Shown piece after piece: positions 57,789 to 64,000 of a stretch of DNA of 64,000 bases. A program made the position numbers and the translations under genes. The DNA comes from an uncultured Chitinophagaceae bacterium (lineage in GTDB: Bacteria > Planctomycetota > Planctomycetia > Pirellulales > UBA1268): NCBI GenBank assembly GCA_964600785.1, contig CAZRKH010000048.1, positions 7,926-71,925 of the forward strand. Direction: 5' to 3'. Numbering within the stretch: the stretch's first letter is position 1; every line of letters begins with the position of its first letter. Below the pieces are notes generated by a model. It had not been told where the DNA came from and ran no database searches. It saw only the letters and a program-made list of their open reading frames with translations.

Positions 57789-58763
57789 CTACGGGAGGCT
57801 GATTTCCAGGAGCACCGAACCCGGCCGGGTGGAGATCACCTGCTTCCCGAGGCATGCCGGCAGCAGCACGCAGCGACCGACTCCCAGCGGTGGCATCGAC
57901 CAGGCGGGGAGAGTCGCGTCGCCGGCGAGCACCGCCAGGAAGTGCGGGACATCGTCACCGCCGACCTCGAAGCGGCCGGCCGGCCCCGCGGTGAGCCTTG
58001 CGAGCGTGAAGTAGTCGCAGGAGACAAGCAGTGATCGCTCCCCGTCCCCTTCGGCGAGTGCCGCCGGCCGTGGCTCGACCGGCTCGACCGGAGTGAAGCG
58101 GGTCACTGCCTCGAGTCCCGCCTCGACATGCAGTTCCCGTGGCTTTCCGTCGGGGCCGACGCGGTTCCAGTCGAAGAGACGGTAGGTCACGTCGCTGGCC
58201 TGCTGGATTTCCGCAACCAACAGGCCCGCCCCGATCGCGTGCAGTGTTCCCGCGGGAATGAACACGCAATCCCCGGGACGTGGCTCAAAGGCATGCAGGC
58301 AATTCGCGAGCGTGCCGGTCTCGATGCCCCGACGGAGGGCCGCCGTGTCGACGCCCTGCCGGAGCCCGGCATAGATCCTGCTGCCGGGCTCGGCATCGAC
58401 GACATACCAGGCCTCGGTCTTGCCGCGATCCGGGGGGCTGAGCCTCGCTGCCCGGCTGTCGTCGGGATGCACCTGCACCGAGAGGTCGGCCGCGGCGTCG
58501 AGAAACTTGAACAGCAGCGGGAAGGACGGGCAGCCTGCGTGTCGGCCGAGCAGTTCCTCGCCGCGGGTCCGCACGAGGTCGCCGAGGCTGGTGCCCTCGA
58601 GTTCGCCCCATGCCACCAGGCTCTGGTCGCGGCCGTGATCGACAAGTTCCCACGACTCGGCAAAAAGCCCTTCTCCGGGCAGTTCCCGGCCAAGGGCGGT
58701 CGCGAAGCGGCGGCCTCCCCAGAGGTAGTTGCGGTAGATCGGTCGGAAGATCAGGGGGTGCAT
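57789..58763 (-). CDS. manA: Mannose-6-phosphate isomerase, class I
   Basis: MHPLIFRPIYRNYLWGG, SVQVHPDD, KTEAWYVV, AGTLHAIGAG. Confidence 0.85.
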   Translation of the reverse strand: MHPLIFRPIYRNYLWGGRRFATALGRELPGEGLFAESWELVDHGRDQSLVAWGELEGTSLGDLVRTRGEELLGRHAGCPSFPLLFKFLDAAADLSVQVHPDDSRAARLSPPDRGKTEAWYVVDAEPGSRIYAGLRQGVDTAALRRGIETGTLANCLHAFEPRPGDCVFIPAGTLHAIGAGLLVAEIQQASDVTYRLFDWNRVGPDGKPRELHVEAGLEAVTRFTPVEPVEPRPAALAEGDGERSLLVSCDYFTLARLTAGPAGRFEVGGDDVPHFLAVLAGDATLPAWSMPPLGVGRCVLLPACLGKQVISTRPGSVLLEISLP

Positions 58764-58931
58764 TCAGCCGGCGAGTCCTTCGAGGATACGGCCGATCCAA
58801 AAGCAGCAGACCGCTGCCACGAGCATCACGAGCATCTGTCCGAGGCTGATCTGGTGGGCGAGTTCGAGCATGATCGCAAGGAACGGTACCACGAGGCCGA
58901 ACAGTTGCAGCAGTCGGGCCAGCGGTCTCAT
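58764..58931 (-). CDS. 55-aa two-helix membrane peptide (below the ORF-track cutoff)
   Basis: Hand translation: MRPLARLLQLFGLVVPFLAIMLELAHQISLGQMLVMLVAAVCCFWIGRILEGLAG*. Its ATG overlaps the STAS gene stop (ATGA) and its TGA abuts the manA ATG. Confidence 0.45.
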   Translation of the reverse strand: MRPLARLLQLFGLVVPFLAIMLELAHQISLGQMLVMLVAAVCCFWIGRILEGLAG

Positions 58932-59347
58932 CGTGCCAACGGCCGTCCAGGCATGCCCGTCCGCGGTCCGGCCGCCTCGAGCCGACCGGCGAAGTGTGGC
59001 ATGTCCGCCAGCCCTGATCGCGTGCGGAGTCTGGCGAGGTTCGCCTCGGAGAGCCCGCAGATTCGCAGCGTGCCACCGCCGTTTCCGAGCCGGCGATCAA
59101 GCTCGGCGATCGCGTCGACAAGCGTGTCATCGAGGGTGCCGATGTCGTCAAGTTCGAGCACGACCCGCTGCACGAGGTTTTCCCGCAGCGTGGCAAGCAC
59201 GGCGTCGCTGACTTCAGTTCCGTCGGAATTGGCCCCGGCGGCGATTCCGTCGGCAGGCCGTTCCAGCCGAACGAAGAGCCACTCCGGTCCTCTGTCGATG
59301 CCGTAAACCCAGCCCTCCCGGGCGGGTGTCGTGTCCTGCCGCTGCAT
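58928..59347 (-). CDS. STAS-domain (anti-sigma-antagonist-like) protein
   Basis: ATG at 59347. VVLELDDIGTLDDTLVDAIAELDRRLGNGGGTLRICGLSEANLARL resembles the SpoIIAA/STAS core. Confidence 0.6.
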   Translation of the reverse strand: MQRQDTTPAREGWVYGIDRGPEWLFVRLERPADGIAAGANSDGTEVSDAVLATLRENLVQRVVLELDDIGTLDDTLVDAIAELDRRLGNGGGTLRICGLSEANLARLRTRSGLADMPHFAGRLEAAGPRTGMPGRPLAR

Positions 59348-59581
59348 GCTCTCCTCCGTGACTGCGGATGGCGGCCACGCGTTTCCTTCCGCGGGCCGTG
59401 AGGGGGTGCGGGCACGGTCAGCCCGCAGGCGACCCCCGAGACAAGATCGTACGGGCCGCCGGCTGGCGGGCAAGGTTGGTTTTTCGGGGCTTGCCTGGCG
59501 GCGAGCCATGGTGATACTGCACGCACGAGCGACGCCCGATATTTCCCGGAAAAACCCCCGAAACAGAAAGACGGATCACAG

Positions 59582-60103
59582 ATGCCGCAGCACAACGCAG
59601 TCACGTTCAAAGGCAACCCGCTGACCCTCCTTGGCGAGCCGGTGAAGGTCGGGGAGTCGGCGCCCGATTTCGACCTCCTCTGCTACGCAGACGGCGGCAT
59701 GCACCACATCCGCAAGGCCGATCTTGCCGGCAAGCCGACGATCGTCAGCGTGGTGCCCTCGCTCGACACGCCGGTCTGTCAGTTGCAGACCAAGACCTTC
59801 AACGAGCGACTCGCCGCCCTCGGCGACCGCGTGAACGCCCTCACGGTGAGCCTCGATCTCCCCTTCGCAATGAACCGCTTCTGCGGGGCCGAGCAGATCG
59901 AGCGGATGAAGGTCGGCAGCGACTACATGGATCGAAGCTTCGGCACGAACTGGGGCGTGCTCATCGACGAGCTGAAGATTCTCGCCCGGGCGGTGTTCGT
60001 GCTCGACTCCAAGGGCACCCTCGTGTACGCCGAGGTCGTGCCGGAGGTCGCCGAGGAGCCCGACTACGCCGCGGCCCTCGCCGCCCTCGAGCAGGCTGCC
60101 TGA
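59582..60103 (+). CDS. tpx: Thiol peroxidase (atypical 2-Cys peroxiredoxin)
   Basis: VTFKGNPLTLLGEPVKVGESAPDF and the peroxidatic Cys in SLDTPVCQLQTKTFN. Confidence 0.95.
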   Translation: MPQHNAVTFKGNPLTLLGEPVKVGESAPDFDLLCYADGGMHHIRKADLAGKPTIVSVVPSLDTPVCQLQTKTFNERLAALGDRVNALTVSLDLPFAMNRFCGAEQIERMKVGSDYMDRSFGTNWGVLIDELKILARAVFVLDSKGTLVYAEVVPEVAEEPDYAAALAALEQAA

Positions 60104-60114
60104 GCGAATGCCGT

Positions 60115-62760
60115 TCAGCCTTGCGGCTGCTCGAGAGCCCGTTCGATCCAGGCCTTGCCGGCGGCAAGGGCCTCGTCGAGTTTTTCGGCGAGCTTGCCGC
60201 CGGCCTGAGCGAGGTCGCGGCGGCCGCCCCCCCTTCCGCCGACGATCGTGGCCGGCTCGCGGATCCACTCGTTGGCAGCGAGGCCGCGAGCCTCGAGTTC
60301 GCGGCTGAGCCCGGCCACCAGCGTGACCTTGCCGTCCTCGCTGCCGCCGAGCAGCACCGCTATCGGGGCTGCCTTCCTCCGCAGCTGGTCGAGGCATTGC
60401 CGCATCGCGGCGGCATCACCGCTCCCCGTGGAGGCCACCACCACCCGCGCATCGCCCACGCGGGAAGCGTTCGCCAGCAGGGCCTCGGCCGAGACGGCCG
60501 CCTCGGCCGGGCTGGCCCGACCCTTGCGGAGTTCCTTGAGTTCCTTGACGACCGCCGCGATGCGCGAAGGCACCTCGGCGGCGGGCACCCGCAGAGCTGC
60601 CGCCGCCTCGGCGAGCTGTTCTTCCGCGGCCCGGAAGCGATCGACCGCGGCAAGGCCGGTGACCGCCGTGATCCGCCGCACGCCGGCCGACACGCTCTCT
60701 TCCCCGGTGATCCGCACCACGCCGATTTCCCCGGTGTTGGCAACGTGAGTGCCGCCGCAAAGCTCCCGGCTGACCCGCTGCACCTCGTCGCCCATCGTGA
60801 CCATCCGCACCACGTCGGGATATTTCTCGCCGAAGAGCATCATCGCCCCGGCATGCCGGGCCTCGGCGAGCGGCAGGCGGGCGGCGGTCACCGGCACTGC
60901 GGCAAGAACCTGGCTGTTGACCCGCCGCTCGATGTCGCCGAGCAGTTCGGGCTCGATTCGGCTGGTGTTGGTGAAGTCAAACCGCAGCCAGTCGGCATCG
61001 ACCTTCGAGCCCTGTTGGACCGCGTGCGGACCGAGGAAATGCTGCAACGAGGCATGCAGCAGATGGGTCGCGGAGTGGGCCCGCCGCACGGCGAGGCGGC
61101 GGGCCGGATCGACGGCCGCATGCACGACGCCGCCGAGGCGGAGCAGACCCTTCCGCAGATGGCCGACATGCAGCATGAAGTCACCCTCTCGGCGGGTATT
61201 AGACACCTCGAAGAGCAGCGATTCGTCGGTCGACGCCGAACTGAGCCTGCCGGTATCGCCAACCTGTCCGCCCGCTTCGCCGTAGAAGGGCGTGCGATCG
61301 AGCACGACAACCACGGGGTCGTCGTGGTCGATCTCGTCGAGCGATTCGCAGAGCCGGTCGTGGGCGATGATTCCCACGACCCGGCCCTCCGCCTCGATGC
61401 TTTCGTAGCCGAGGAATTCCGAGCCGTGCATCGCCTTTTTCAAGGCGTCGAGCGGGCCCGAGGCGAAAAGCTCCATCCTGCTGCCCGCCCCGGAACGCTG
61501 GCCGTGGGCCTCCATGTGCTCGCGAAATCCCTCCCAGTCGAAAGCGCAGTTCCGCTCGGCCGCGAGGGTCTCGAGCAGCTCCGGGGGAAAGCCGTAGGTG
61601 GTGTAGAGCTCGGCGGCGTCCTGCCCCGAGACCAGGGCGGTGCCGGAGGCCTCGATGGCCTTGAAAAGCCCCTCGATGCGAGCCAGGCCGCCTTCGATCG
61701 TGTCGAGAAACGCTTCCTCCTCCCGCCGGATCACCGCGGCGACCCGCTCGCTGGTCTCGGTCAGCTCCGGGTAGGGCCTCCGCATCAGTCCGGCCACCAC
61801 CGTCGGCAGCGAATGGAGGAAAGGCTCCCGCAGGCCCATCTGATGGCCGTCGAGCACGGCCCGTCGCAGCAGCCGCTTGACGACGTATTTCTCCTCGTTG
61901 TTGCCGGGCATCACATTCTCGTGGATCGCGAAGCTGCAGGCCCGGGCATGGTCGGCAATCCGCCGCATCCGGCGGCCGTCGTCGCTGTCGGGCTCGTAGC
62001 GGCGGCCGCAGATTTCCGCCACCGCCTCCACCAGCGGCCGGAGAATGTCGATGTGGAAGTTGCTCTCGACGCCCTGCAACACCGCGGCAGTCCGCTCGAG
62101 GCCCATCCCGGTGTCGATGTTGCGGCTGGGAAGGGGCCGCAGATTGTCCGGAGGGCCGCCGACCCGGTTGAACTGCGTGAACACGAGGTTCCAGATCTCG
62201 ACCTCGCTCCCGTCGGGCATGGTGTAGAAAATTTCGCTGCAGGGGCCGCAGACGCCATCGGGGCCCTGGCTGGGGGCGGAGGCGGGCCAGAAGTTGTCTT
62301 CCTCGCCGAGTCGCGTGATCCGAGAGCCGGGCAGCCCGATTTCATTCGACCAGATGGTGTAGGCCTCGGTGTCGTCCTCGTAGACCGAGACAGTCAGCCG
62401 CTGGGGGTCGATCGCCAGCCAGTCGCGGCTGGTGAGAAACTCCCAGGCCCACTGAATCGTATCCCGTTTGAAATAATCACCGAAGCTGAAGTTGCCGAGC
62501 ATCTCGAAGAAGGTGTGATGCCTCGCGGTTCGTCCGACGTTCTCGATGTCGCCGGTGCGGAGGCATTTCTGGCAGGTCGTGGCCCGGGTGAACTCCAGCT
62601 TGCACTTGCCGAGGAAGTGATCCTTGAACTGGTTCATCCCTGCCGGTGTGAAAAGCACCGAGGGATCCCATCGCGGGACGAGCACGTCGCTCGGGCGGCG
62701 GACACAGCCTTTTGACTCAAAAAAGGCGAGGTAGGCTTCGCGGAGGTCGTCAGCTTTCAT
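60115..62760 (-). CDS. alaS: Alanyl-tRNA synthetase
   Basis: ATG at 62760 (MKADDLREAYLAFFESKGC). Full-length AlaRS including the editing-domain HxxxH region and C-terminal DHHA1-like part. Confidence 0.97.
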   Translation of the reverse strand: MKADDLREAYLAFFESKGCVRRPSDVLVPRWDPSVLFTPAGMNQFKDHFLGKCKLEFTRATTCQKCLRTGDIENVGRTARHHTFFEMLGNFSFGDYFKRDTIQWAWEFLTSRDWLAIDPQRLTVSVYEDDTEAYTIWSNEIGLPGSRITRLGEEDNFWPASAPSQGPDGVCGPCSEIFYTMPDGSEVEIWNLVFTQFNRVGGPPDNLRPLPSRNIDTGMGLERTAAVLQGVESNFHIDILRPLVEAVAEICGRRYEPDSDDGRRMRRIADHARACSFAIHENVMPGNNEEKYVVKRLLRRAVLDGHQMGLREPFLHSLPTVVAGLMRRPYPELTETSERVAAVIRREEEAFLDTIEGGLARIEGLFKAIEASGTALVSGQDAAELYTTYGFPPELLETLAAERNCAFDWEGFREHMEAHGQRSGAGSRMELFASGPLDALKKAMHGSEFLGYESIEAEGRVVGIIAHDRLCESLDEIDHDDPVVVVLDRTPFYGEAGGQVGDTGRLSSASTDESLLFEVSNTRREGDFMLHVGHLRKGLLRLGGVVHAAVDPARRLAVRRAHSATHLLHASLQHFLGPHAVQQGSKVDADWLRFDFTNTSRIEPELLGDIERRVNSQVLAAVPVTAARLPLAEARHAGAMMLFGEKYPDVVRMVTMGDEVQRVSRELCGGTHVANTGEIGVVRITGEESVSAGVRRITAVTGLAAVDRFRAAEEQLAEAAAALRVPAAEVPSRIAAVVKELKELRKGRASPAEAAVSAEALLANASRVGDARVVVASTGSGDAAAMRQCLDQLRRKAAPIAVLLGGSEDGKVTLVAGLSRELEARGLAANEWIREPATIVGGRGGGRRDLAQAGGKLAEKLDEALAAGKAWIERALEQPQG

Positions 62761-62901
62761 GGGGCTCGGCGGGTTCTCGGGCGTGGTCGGAGGCGGCAAT
62801 CGACAACTGCCGACCACTATACCGCGGCCGCATCGCCCTGCCTTGGTGCCGTCGCGCTCCCGGCGGCGGCGGGGCCGCCACCGGGAGCGACGGGGGAACG
62901 C

Positions 62902-63984
<1,083 letters not shown>

Positions 63985-64000
63985 CGGTTCTTTTGCTCCA

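Overview
This is a very GC-rich bacterial chromosomal window; third codon positions are almost all G/C. Gene content (DUF1573 protein, ECF sigma with a vWA anti-sigma, many secreted TPR proteins, Tat-signal DUF3500-like protein) suggests a Planctomycetota-like genome. That assignment is inference only.

About 60 genes are supported, mostly housekeeping:
- Translation and RNA: nusA-infB-rbfA, yebC, proS, a yhaM-like gene with rnr, rpsT, rluB, alaS.
- Metabolism: gcvT-gcvH with a lipoyl/octanoyl transferase, serC-serA, metH, trpB-trpA, trpE, coaD, cobA/hemD fusion, pyrK, manA, tpx.
- Recombination and protein quality control: XerC/D-family recombinase, recA, mcsA-mcsB.

I saw no rRNA, tRNA, CRISPR array or intact mobile element. 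There is only a short IS4/IS5-type transposase scar.

The best candidate for an undescribed system is 23.9-33.2 kb. It encodes an ECF sigma, a membrane vWA anti-sigma-like protein, two secreted helical-repeat proteins (1107 and 374 aa) and ExbB-ExbD-ExbD. No TonB, TolA or TonB-dependent receptor is present, and the block ends in a 43-bp hairpin tandem repeat.

Other items worth a second look:
- A tight three-gene module at 38.6-40.1 kb: small membrane protein, P-loop-less MinD/BY-kinase-like protein, ExeA-like AAA+ ATPase.
- A FabF-like condensing enzyme with its catalytic residues replaced.
- An HhH-GPD-like protein with a histone-H1-like tail.
- Five 17-bp direct repeats upstream of trpBA.
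- A degenerate ABC ATPase translationally coupled to trpE.
- A G11 tract at the nusA 3' end.

All family calls come from reading the supplied translations and motifs by eye. No database search was run.
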